Source: Pedosphaera sp.
Lineage (GTDB): Bacteria; Verrucomicrobiota; Verrucomicrobiia; Limisphaerales; SIBH01
Reading direction: 5' to 3'
Assembly (NCBI GenBank): GCA_031414955.1
Contig: JANOQV010000065.1
Span: forward strand, 9,958-73,957
Length of the DNA: 64,000 nt
How positions within the stretch are numbered: the first letter of the stretch is position 1; each line of letters starts with the position of its first letter. Below the pieces are notes generated by a model. It was not told the origin of the DNA. It made no database searches and saw nothing but the letters and a program-made list of their open reading frames with translations. The translations under genes and the position numbers were made by a program. Shown here in pieces: positions 9,893 to 18,510 of the stretch.

Positions 9893-10468
9893 ATGACAGA
9901 AGTGGAAAAGCCACAATTCCTCACGGTCGAGGAATACCTCGAAGGCGAGCAACAGAGCGACGTGCGCCACGAGTACATCGGCGGGCTGGTGTACGCGATG
10001 GCGGGAACAAGCGATGAGCATAATTTCATCGTCGGCAACCTGCTTGCCGCGCTGCACGCCCACCTGCGCGGAAAATCCTGCCGCCTCTTCATGCTGGACG
10101 CCAAGGTGCGGTTGCAAACGAATGCAGACGACATTCTTTACTACCCCGACCTGATGGTGGCTTGCGACCCGCGCGACACTGATCGGTTCTTCAAACGTTT
10201 TCCACGCGTGCTGGTGGAAGTGCTCTCGGAATCAACTGAGCGGATTGACCGGCGGGAGAAGTTTCTCAGCTACACGCAAATCGAGACACTGGAGGAATAC
10301 ATCCTTGTGGCGCAGGACAAGATGGAGGTCACGCTGTTTCGCCGGGCCAATCGTTGGCAGCCAGAGATACTGAATGCCGCAACTCAGTCGCTCGCGCTGG
10401 CCTCGATTGATTTCTCAATTCTCCTGCCGGCGATTTACGAAGGCGTCCAATTTGCGGGGCGCGGCTGA
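9893..10468 (+). CDS. Uma2 family (PD-(D/E)xK fold) putative endonuclease
   Basis: LTVEEYL..E..SDVRHEYIGGLVYAMAG, YYPDLMVAC, VEVLSEST..D..EK...Y. Confidence 0.92.
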   Translation: MTEVEKPQFLTVEEYLEGEQQSDVRHEYIGGLVYAMAGTSDEHNFIVGNLLAALHAHLRGKSCRLFMLDAKVRLQTNADDILYYPDLMVACDPRDTDRFFKRFPRVLVEVLSESTERIDRREKFLSYTQIETLEEYILVAQDKMEVTLFRRANRWQPEILNAATQSLALASIDFSILLPAIYEGVQFAGRG

Positions 10469-10487
10469 GAGCGGGGCAGCCGCGCTC

Positions 10488-11813
10488 TCATCCCCCCAGC
10501 GTCGTCGGGTCAGTCACGTCGCCCTTGTTGAACTCCACGTATTCTTCCGTGAGGTCGGAGGCGTACATTAGCGCGCTGGATTTCCCGAGATTCAGGTTGA
10601 TGTGCAGGTCAAACTCCTTCGGCGCGGTGGCGGCGCAGAGTTGTTTGAAGGTGGCTTTCGTCGGTTGACCGCGTTTCAAACTCCACAAAACTTTGGCTGA
10701 TCCAGGCGCGCTGTAGCCGATGTCCACCTTCTCCTCGACGATCTTCGCGGGCGAATAGCCAAGCGCGTCGATGATCCGGCCCCAGTTCGGATCACCACCG
10801 AACCAGCTCGTTTTCACCAGCGCGCTGTTGGCCACGGCGCGGGCGGCGGCATCGGCGTCGGCGACGTTGCGGGCGCCGTGGACGCGCACGGTCACGAAGC
10901 GGGTCACGCCTTCGCCGTCGCGCACGATCTTCTTGGCGAGTTCGAGACAGACGTGATTGAGGGCGGCCTGGAAAACGCGGAGCGCGGAGTGCGGAGCGCG
11001 GAGCAAGGAATTGCCCGCGAGTCCGTTCGCCAGCACGAGCACGGTGTCGTTGGTGCTCATGTCGCCATCGACGGTGATGCGGTTGAAGCTCTGGGCGACG
11101 GCGGTTTCGAGCGCGGCTTGCAGCGGCTTGGCTTCAATCGCGGCGTCGGTGGTGATGAAGCAGAGCATGGTCGCGTGCAGCGCGCGGGCGGCGGGGCGTG
11201 CGCCGGTGGCGCTCATGCCGGGCTGAATCATGCCCGCGCCCTTGCACACGCCGCCCATGCGGACAGTTTTGCCGCCGAGCTCGAACTCAATCGCGACCTG
11301 CTTGGGATGCGTGTCGCTGGTCATGATCGCTTCCGCGACGTGATCCGAACTGGCGTTGCTGGCGTTGACGAGTTGCGAGGCGGCCACGATGCCGCGCCGC
11401 ACGTTGGCCATCGGCATGATCACGCCGATGCGCCCGGTGGAGCCGACGAAGACTTCCTGTTCACGCAGTCCAAATTGCTCCGCCACGAGCGCTGTCATCG
11501 CTCGCGCGTCGGCCATGCCCTGCTTGCCCGTGCAGGCGTTGGCGTTGCCGGAATTGATGACCACGGCGCGGGCTACGCCACGCTTCACGCGCTCGGCACA
11601 GACTTTCACCGGCGCGGCGCAAATCTGATTGGTGGTGAACATGCCGGCGACCGTGGCCGGCACTTCCGACACGATCAGCGCGAGATCACGCTTCGGCCCC
11701 TTGTTCGATCCCTTGCCGGTCCCGAGGCGCTTGATGTCGCAGAACACCCCGCTGGAGACAAACCCGCGCGGCGCGACGATGGAGCCGGACACTTCACTGA
11801 ACTTCAATTTCAT
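10488..11813 (-). CDS. argJ: Bifunctional ornithine acetyltransferase / N-acetylglutamate synthase
   Basis: NSGNANACTG, KGAGMIQP, ATML autoproteolysis site, DGDMSTND, RDGEG, GGDPNWGRI. Confidence 0.96.
   Translation of the reverse strand: MKLKFSEVSGSIVAPRGFVSSGVFCDIKRLGTGKGSNKGPKRDLALIVSEVPATVAGMFTTNQICAAPVKVCAERVKRGVARAVVINSGNANACTGKQGMADARAMTALVAEQFGLREQEVFVGSTGRIGVIMPMANVRRGIVAASQLVNASNASSDHVAEAIMTSDTHPKQVAIEFELGGKTVRMGGVCKGAGMIQPGMSATGARPAARALHATMLCFITTDAAIEAKPLQAALETAVAQSFNRITVDGDMSTNDTVLVLANGLAGNSLLRAPHSALRVFQAALNHVCLELAKKIVRDGEGVTRFVTVRVHGARNVADADAAARAVANSALVKTSWFGGDPNWGRIIDALGYSPAKIVEEKVDIGYSAPGSAKVLWSLKRGQPTKATFKQLCAATAPKEFDLHINLNLGKSSALMYASDLTEEYVEFNKGDVTDPTTLGG
10976..11003. repeat. 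Heptamer tandem repeat (YGCGGAG)x4 inside argJ
   Basis: cgcggag cgcggag tgcggag cgcggag; encodes LRAPHSALR. Confidence 0.75.
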
Positions 11814-11857
11814 TTGGGCGCGCAGTGTAGGAAGGCACGCCCGCAACGCAAGATCGC

Positions 11858-14800
11858 TCAAGGCCCGTCCGCCGCGCGCGCGCGGTAGAAGCGCGCGGGG
11901 TCATTGGTCGAGATGCTTTGCAGGAACTGGAACACGCCGTTGCCGTCGGTAGTGTTGGTGCTCACGGGCGTCCAAATCACGGGCGGGAACAGATTGGTCG
12001 CAGCTTCGAGGATGAAGTTCCAGCCGGGCACGCCTTGACCAGCAAGCGCAATCACGTCGCCGCCAGGTTGCGGCGTGACGGAGGTGAGGTCCATCAGGCT
12101 GTTGACCCGCGTAAGCACCACGTCGTTGCCGTCGCCGCCGGCGTAGGTGATGGCGAAGACGACGCCCTGGTTCGTGAGCAGCGCGCCTTCGGACAAGGCG
12201 GCAAAAGTGTTGAGGATGGAATTGATGCCGGTGTTGTCGATGATGCGGTGGGCCGTGCCCGGCGGCGGATTGTAGCCGAGGTTCACCTGTAACCGGGCGT
12301 TGTTCAGGTTGACGGGCAGGTTGGTCGGAGCAATCCGGAACTGGTCATGGCCCGTGCCCGGCGTGCCGCCGAGAAGGTCCACCTCCACGGTGACGTTGGA
12401 AGTCAGGAGCAATCGGCCGGCCTCCAGCAACGCCGCCAGGCCGGGATGATTTCCCGCCCCGAGCCGCATGGCCATGGTCGGAGGGGAGTGCGTGATCGGA
12501 CCGACTTTTCCCGCGCCGTGAAAAGTTCCCGCCCGCAGAACGATTTGGAGGCCGGGACAATTTCCATTCAGCGAGGCGGGCCCATCAGTGAGTTGAAAAA
12601 TCGCCGAGCCGGTTCCGCCACCACCCAGTTCCAAAAGTCCCGGGCCGTTTTTCGCCACGGAGGGCGTGCCGGCGAGCGTCTGCCAGCCGCCGGACAAACT
12701 CAGCACGGCATTCGAGGAAGCCACGGCCAGGGTGGGAGACGACGCGTTCAGCGACCAGCGCAAGAGCACGCGGTTCGTGCCGGCGGGCTGGCTGGATTGA
12801 ATGTCCGGCAGCCGGAGCGTCGCTCCGTCGAGGGTGTAACCGTCCGCGGTAAACGTGAACTGGCCAAACAGAGTGTTCGACGGAAAGTCATTCAGCATGA
12901 GGCGCTGGGCGACGGCGGGGAACAGCAGGGAATTGCCCGGCGCGGCGACGTGGCCATCCTGCCAGTTGGCGGGGTTGCTCCAGAGTTGGTCGGCACCGGC
13001 ACCGGTCCAGACATTGGTGGCGGCCAGGCGCGTCAGGGTGACATCTTCGCCGGTTCCGCCCAGATAGCTGATTCGAAACGTGCCGTGGGTGGTTTCGAGC
13101 AACTCGCCCTCCGGGAAGTTGAGAAAACTTCCGACGACGGTGGCACCAGGAGCATTGGAGCGGAGAATGGATTGCACCGTGCCCACGGGCAGGTTGGTGC
13201 TCAACGCCCAATCCAGGCCGGCCCCGCCCAGCGAGGCCACGCCCCGGACGAAGACCAAGTCGTTCCCGTTCGTGGAAGACTCGATGCGCAACGTGGTCAC
13301 GGCCGGAGGCGGATCGAAGGTCAGATTGGTGACGGTGAGAGTGCCGATGGCCGAGCCTCCGGGCAGATCGCTGCCGGGCGAAATGGTGCCCGAATGAACG
13401 CGCACCTCGCCCACCACGGCCGTCCCCGCCAGGGTCGCGCCACCGTTGATCTCGACCAGGGGGCTGGTGGTGGAACCGTTGAGGCGGAGCGTGCCAGCGT
13501 TAACGAGGGTCGGGCCGGTGTGGCGCGCGTCGAGCAGGGACAGGACGCCGGGACCATTCTTGGTGAGGGTGCCGATACCGCCACTCAAATAGATTTCAAG
13601 CCGGCTGGCGTTGTCGCAAGTAAGGTCGAACCCCTCTCCGTTCACACTGCCCCCCATCTGGAGGAACGCCGCCGGGGAGGGGACGACGAAGTGCGCCGGT
13701 CCCAGCAGAGTGATGGGCATGAGGAGAAGATTGGTGCCGGAAGCCGCCGCGTTGGTGATGGCAGCCAGCAGCGCCAGGGTGTCGCCGTGCAAGTTGAAGC
13801 CGTTGGTTTCAAATCGAAGCGATCCGGCGATGCGGCCGTGCGGGAAATCGTTGGTGCTGGTCAGACGCGCGGCCCCGGCGGGAAAGACCAGATCGTCGCC
13901 GACCTGCGGAATGCCGTGGCCCTGCCAGTTGGTCGGGTTGCTCCAAAGTCCGTTGGTTCCCTCGCCCGTCCAGACGCGGGTCACGGGCGGCAGCGGATTG
14001 GCCGGCACGGCGGTGAGTTCCAGATCGAAGCTGATGTCGCTGCTCTCGGGAAGGGTTTGATGAATTTCCACCGCCAGGACGTTGGAGCCCGGAACCAGGT
14101 TGGTGCTGGAAACCAGACCCCATATTGGCTCGGGCCCCGTCAGTCCTTCCGGCGCCGCGACCGGCGCGAGGGTGGTGAAACTCACCGGCCCAGCCGGCAG
14201 GTTGTCGCGGAACAACTCGACGCCGTTCAGATGGACCCGCACCCCGTCGTCGCGCACGATCCACAGAATCAGGCGTTCGACCGTCTCGGGATCCGTCACC
14301 TGAAAGGACCGGCGGAAATACGTGGTGATATATTTGTTGCCCGCATCGGGGCCAAAGCTGACCACCGTGGCTTCATCTCCCTCGCCGTAACCCAGCTCGG
14401 CCACGCCGTTGGACCACGAACTGTCATCGAACGCCGGGGCGCTCCAGGCCGTGCCCTGGTCGCTGCCATCGTCGAGATACTTCCAACTCGATCCAGACGG
14501 CACCAGGGTGATGAACGGCATGAGCGGAATCACGATGACCTCGATCGAGCCATCCACCAACAAGTTGTTCCTCCACATCAGACCAGGCGCGAGTGGCGGC
14601 AACACAAGGCTGCTGAATGCGCCGTTGTAATTCGTCGCGCCGAACACCTTGAACGAATCGCCGACGGCCAGCGCACCGTCGAGGTTCGTCACGACCAGCG
14701 TACCGCCGTAACTCAGGTTCGAGACGCCCGCCACGCAGTCATTGGTGCCGAGGGCCTGGTTCAACTCGAAGAGGTTGCTGCTGCTGGCCAGGAGGCGGAG

Positions 14801-17800
14801 ATCACCGCTGATGGTCAGCCGACCGATGGAGGCGCCCGGGGCCAGCACCCCCGCGTTGGTCACATTCCCCAGCACCGTGCCGTTGCCTTGAAGCCGCGCG
14901 CGGAACGGCAACCACAGACCGTCCGCAAACTGATGCGTTCCTGCGCCGGTCAATTCCAGCACCGGGCCGCCAAACCCGAGGGAGAAATCGGAGTCCGCCG
15001 CGACGACGGTGCTCCGGGTCTGCAAGGTGCCGCTGACGAAGGAGAGGCGGCTCTGGCTTCCGTTGGTCAGCAACAGACGATCGGTCTGGACGAGACCGCC
15101 GTCCAGACGGAGCACGCCCGCGCCGTTTTTACCGACGATCAACTGGGCGCTTCGCGCCGCGTTGGTCACGATCAGACTGCCGCCGACGACCCAGGCCGTG
15201 TTGTTGTTGGCACCGGCATTCGCGCCCACCACGGCCTGGGTGGAAACCACGAGGCCGTTGTTGGAAATCATCAGCGTGCTGCCGGAGCCGCCGAGGCCCA
15301 CGTTAAGACTCCTGGAACTGGTCAACCGAGACCCCGTCCCACCAACCATCAAGGTGCTGTTGCTGGCGGAGCCATCAAGTCCGATGACGGTGTGGAAGTT
15401 GGTCGCCACCGCGCCGGCTTCGATGAACATCTGGTTGCTGATACTCCGGTTGCCCACGTACAGGAAGCCGCCGAACAGGCCCGACCCCGCGCCATGCAGC
15501 GTCAGCAAGTTGTTGGAGCTGCTTCCGCCAACCGTCATGGAACCTGTGTAGAAGACACGGCCGCCGTTGGTGATGCTCAGCCGGTTGGCGCTGCCGCTGC
15601 CGCCCACCGCCAGACTGATCGCGACATTGCTCCAGACCGTTCCCGCTCCGTCCACCACCACCACTCCGCGCCGGCCTGGAAACGACCCGAGACTGATATT
15701 GTCAACCGGACCCACCACTGTGGTGTTGGTCCCGCCCCGCATGGCCCAGGTGAAGATTTGGCCGGCGGTTTCGCCGATCTGGAGGCCGTAAGGATTTGGT
15801 TCCTTCAAAATAGAGGTTCCATGAAGCGTGGTGAGATCGCCGTGACCAAGGTTCAAGGTTGAGTTGGTGAAGCCGGGCCCGTTGTTGGTGGCGATCAACT
15901 GATCGACGACCACGGAACCGCCGCTCAGGTTGTAGGCACCGCTGCCGTCTTGTCCGACCACCATCAAGGCCGTGCCCGCGACATTCGTCACGATTAACGA
16001 GCCGGTGGGGTGAGCCACCTTGGCCGCCGCACCCGCGTCGCGCCCGACGATGTAGCTGTTGGTCAGCGTCCAGGAAGCCACACCGATGTTCTGCGTGACG
16101 ATGCCGCTCGCGGCGTTGAACCAGGCGTCGGCCGCGTTCGCCGGAGCCAGCCAGTCCACCGGGTAGCTGGCCGCGTTGGTGAAAATGGCGTGATCAATCG
16201 CGGTTGGCGCCAGGCCGTCGAGCCAGTTGGCGGCCACGCCATAGGTCCCGCCCAGGGCGTTGGTCCAATGGTGATCGCTGGGCAGCACGGTCAGGATTTC
16301 AATCGAACCGTCGAATAGCAGCTTGTTGGTCCAGGCCAAATCGGGAGGAAGTGGCGGCAGGTGCAGGTTCACGAACGAGCCGGCGTAAGTGCCGGCGGTG
16401 AACAATTTGAAGGTGTCCCCGACGGCCAGGGTGCCCGCGAGGTTCGTCACCACCAGCGTGCCGGAGTAAGTGAGATTGCTCGCCACTACGATGCTGTCGT
16501 TGGTCCCAAGCGCCTTGTTCAATTCAAACAGGTTGCTGGTGAAAGTGCCCATGATCATCGTCAGGTTGCCGTCGATGGTGATCCGGCCGAGGGACGCGCC
16601 CGGCGAGAGGTGGCCGCCCTGAATGGAAGCATTGCCGCGCAGAGTACCGTTGCCCTTGAGCAGTCCCGTGCGCCGGACTGTGAGGTTGTTGGCAAACAGG
16701 TGCGTGTTGTTGCCCAGCAGTTCCAAGGTCGCGACGGCGGACGGGCCGGCGCTCAGGCCGACGAAGAACGCGGTGCCGTTGCTGCACACCGTGGCGCGCA
16801 CCTGCACGAGACCGGCGGTGAAGTTGAACCCGCTCTGCGCTCCATTCGTGAGCCACAATTCGTCCGCAAGCAGCAGGCCGGAGTTGATGGTGTTCGTCCC
16901 GCGCCGCACTTCAAGCACGCCCGTGCCAAAGGCGTTCGTGACGATGAGATTGCCGCCGGTCACCAGGACGCTGTTGTTCGACGAGGTCGCGGTCGAACCG
17001 ATCAGGAGGTTCGTGGCCACCATCGTGCCGCTGTTGCTCACGATTAACTGGTTGAACGGGCCGAACGCGCCGACCTCAACCACTTCGCTGTTGAGCCACA
17101 CCGTTCCCGGGTCCGTGACGGTCACCACATTGTTGGAACTGGTGGTTCCGGTGGAAAGCCCCAAGCTTTTGGTTTGCATCGCCGCACCGTTCCTCACCGT
17201 CACCTCGCTGAAAGCAGCTCTTCCATTCACCTGGATCCGGCTGAACGGGCTATAAAAAATGGAGTTGGTGTCGGTGACCATGACCTGGCTGGAAGCTCCG
17301 GCGGCAATTCCTCCGAGATTGAACGGCTGGATGGCCAGGTTGCGCAAGGTGCCGCCGTTGGTGATGAGCAATTGATTGCCCCGGCCGAAAGCGCCGATGG
17401 TGAAGCTGCCCGTGTTCGTCCAAACCGACCCGGCCCCGGTGATGATCGCGAGATTACTCGAGCCAGTGCTGGCGCCAGAGCTGGCAATACTCGCCGAGCC
17501 GGAAGTCAAAATGCCTCCGTTGGTGATGATCAATCGATTGAAGCCGCCTTCTCCTCCCACGTTCATAGACTGTTGCACGCTCCACGAGGAGCCAGTCCCG
17601 GAAACCAGCGCGAGATTACTGGCGGCAGCAGACTCCTGACCCAGGATCGTGATCCGGCTCGTCATCAAGCCGCCATCGGTGACCAGCAACTGATTGAAGG
17701 CGCTGTTGGAGCCGATGAGCGTCAGCGGGTGATCCACGAGGAAGGGCGTGCCCGCCCGCACCTCCAGCGTGGCCGGGTTGGGGCCAGACCCGCCGATGAC

Positions 17801-18424
17801 CGCGCTGCTGCCATTGCTCCAGACGCCGCCATAGGTCACGAGCGTGCCGCCGTTGAAAATCAACTGGCCGTTGGTGCCATTGGTCAGGCTGAGAAAATCC
17901 GTCTCCAGCCGCCCCGCGTTCAGCGTGAGCAGGCCGCGCCGGATGTCCGTGACGGCGGTGCGGGTGGAATTAGTCACGCGCAAGGTGCCGCTGGCGAGGA
18001 CCACGCCGGCTGTGGAGTAAAGCCCCTGGCCCACCACGAAGCTGTTGGTCAATTCCCAGAACGAACTGTTCACATCCAGCGTCACCGTCCCGTTGCTGGC
18101 GTTGAACCAGGCGCTGACGTTGGCCGCGCTGAAACCGGAGGGCCAGACCACTGCAAAGGAGCCATTGATGGGGAAGACGGCGTTGTCAGCCACGCCTGGC
18201 ACGCCGTTGTCCCACCGGCTGTTCAGGTTGAAGTTGCCTCCGCTCGCCGCCCGCCAGGTATGGTCGGCGGCCATCGAGGCCCGGCCCCAAGCCAGCCAGA
18301 GCAGGCCGGCCAAAAGCATTCGACCCACGACCGCCGGGTGAAAAACACCGGTCAACAGTGGCCCAGCCATCGGTCGGCCGGCGTTTCGTGCGACCATGCG
18401 GATCAAAGAGACGATGCAATTCAT
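11858..18424 (-). CDS. Giant exported beta-helix protein (autotransporter-passenger-like / T5SS-PEP-CTERM-associated-like repeats) with galactose-binding-like domain and C-terminal FYR domain
   Basis: ~2190 aa; G/S/T/N-rich repeats (VTGxGSxW, LTKNGPGVLSL); duplicated SPGASxG...FELNxALGTND module; WKYLDDGSDQG...YFRRSF domain; start uncertain (ATG 18424 favoured by the upstream motif). Confidence 0.85.
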   Translation of the reverse strand: MNCIVSLIRMVARNAGRPMAGPLLTGVFHPAVVGRMLLAGLLWLAWGRASMAADHTWRAASGGNFNLNSRWDNGVPGVADNAVFPINGSFAVVWPSGFSAANVSAWFNASNGTVTLDVNSSFWELTNSFVVGQGLYSTAGVVLASGTLRVTNSTRTAVTDIRRGLLTLNAGRLETDFLSLTNGTNGQLIFNGGTLVTYGGVWSNGSSAVIGGSGPNPATLEVRAGTPFLVDHPLTLIGSNSAFNQLLVTDGGLMTSRITILGQESAAASNLALVSGTGSSWSVQQSMNVGGEGGFNRLIITNGGILTSGSASIASSGASTGSSNLAIITGAGSVWTNTGSFTIGAFGRGNQLLITNGGTLRNLAIQPFNLGGIAAGASSQVMVTDTNSIFYSPFSRIQVNGRAAFSEVTVRNGAAMQTKSLGLSTGTTSSNNVVTVTDPGTVWLNSEVVEVGAFGPFNQLIVSNSGTMVATNLLIGSTATSSNNSVLVTGGNLIVTNAFGTGVLEVRRGTNTINSGLLLADELWLTNGAQSGFNFTAGLVQVRATVCSNGTAFFVGLSAGPSAVATLELLGNNTHLFANNLTVRRTGLLKGNGTLRGNASIQGGHLSPGASLGRITIDGNLTMIMGTFTSNLFELNKALGTNDSIVVASNLTYSGTLVVTNLAGTLAVGDTFKLFTAGTYAGSFVNLHLPPLPPDLAWTNKLLFDGSIEILTVLPSDHHWTNALGGTYGVAANWLDGLAPTAIDHAIFTNAASYPVDWLAPANAADAWFNAASGIVTQNIGVASWTLTNSYIVGRDAGAAAKVAHPTGSLIVTNVAGTALMVVGQDGSGAYNLSGGSVVVDQLIATNNGPGFTNSTLNLGHGDLTTLHGTSILKEPNPYGLQIGETAGQIFTWAMRGGTNTTVVGPVDNISLGSFPGRRGVVVVDGAGTVWSNVAISLAVGGSGSANRLSITNGGRVFYTGSMTVGGSSSNNLLTLHGAGSGLFGGFLYVGNRSISNQMFIEAGAVATNFHTVIGLDGSASNSTLMVGGTGSRLTSSRSLNVGLGGSGSTLMISNNGLVVSTQAVVGANAGANNNTAWVVGGSLIVTNAARSAQLIVGKNGAGVLRLDGGLVQTDRLLLTNGSQSRLSFVSGTLQTRSTVVAADSDFSLGFGGPVLELTGAGTHQFADGLWLPFRARLQGNGTVLGNVTNAGVLAPGASIGRLTISGDLRLLASSSNLFELNQALGTNDCVAGVSNLSYGGTLVVTNLDGALAVGDSFKVFGATNYNGAFSSLVLPPLAPGLMWRNNLLVDGSIEVIVIPLMPFITLVPSGSSWKYLDDGSDQGTAWSAPAFDDSSWSNGVAELGYGEGDEATVVSFGPDAGNKYITTYFRRSFQVTDPETVERLILWIVRDDGVRVHLNGVELFRDNLPAGPVSFTTLAPVAAPEGLTGPEPIWGLVSSTNLVPGSNVLAVEIHQTLPESSDISFDLELTAVPANPLPPVTRVWTGEGTNGLWSNPTNWQGHGIPQVGDDLVFPAGAARLTSTNDFPHGRIAGSLRFETNGFNLHGDTLALLAAITNAAASGTNLLLMPITLLGPAHFVVPSPAAFLQMGGSVNGEGFDLTCDNASRLEIYLSGGIGTLTKNGPGVLSLLDARHTGPTLVNAGTLRLNGSTTSPLVEINGGATLAGTAVVGEVRVHSGTISPGSDLPGGSAIGTLTVTNLTFDPPPAVTTLRIESSTNGNDLVFVRGVASLGGAGLDWALSTNLPVGTVQSILRSNAPGATVVGSFLNFPEGELLETTHGTFRISYLGGTGEDVTLTRLAATNVWTGAGADQLWSNPANWQDGHVAAPGNSLLFPAVAQRLMLNDFPSNTLFGQFTFTADGYTLDGATLRLPDIQSSQPAGTNRVLLRWSLNASSPTLAVASSNAVLSLSGGWQTLAGTPSVAKNGPGLLELGGGGTGSAIFQLTDGPASLNGNCPGLQIVLRAGTFHGAGKVGPITHSPPTMAMRLGAGNHPGLAALLEAGRLLLTSNVTVEVDLLGGTPGTGHDQFRIAPTNLPVNLNNARLQVNLGYNPPPGTAHRIIDNTGINSILNTFAALSEGALLTNQGVVFAITYAGGDGNDVVLTRVNSLMDLTSVTPQPGGDVIALAGQGVPGWNFILEAATNLFPPVIWTPVSTNTTDGNGVFQFLQSISTNDPARFYRARAADGP

Positions 18425-18430
18425 ATTTTT

Positions 18431-18460
18431 GGTAAGCCGGCGGCGGACGGATTCTTTCAA
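18431..18460 (-). promoter_or_regulatory. Candidate ECF-sigma promoter TTGAAAGAATCC-N9-CGGCTTACC (copy 1)
   Basis: 26/30 identical to 22187-22216, same spacing, ends 6 nt before ATG 18424. Confidence 0.75.
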
Positions 18461-18510
18461 CAAACTGCGGAAAATCTTTCGGGGCGGAAAACTGCCCGGC
18501 GCGCGGCGCG

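Noticed and set aside
9236..10117. Apparent overlap of extended argB and Uma2 ORFs
   Set aside because: Artefact of longest-ORF starts; real starts at 9790 (-) and 9893 (+) are divergent and do not overlap
12347..15862. 1171-aa plus-strand ORF and other long antisense ORFs (e.g. 40591-42867, 42934-44874, 28351-29949)
   Set aside because: Shadow frames of GC-rich genes on the opposite strand; no recognisable motifs
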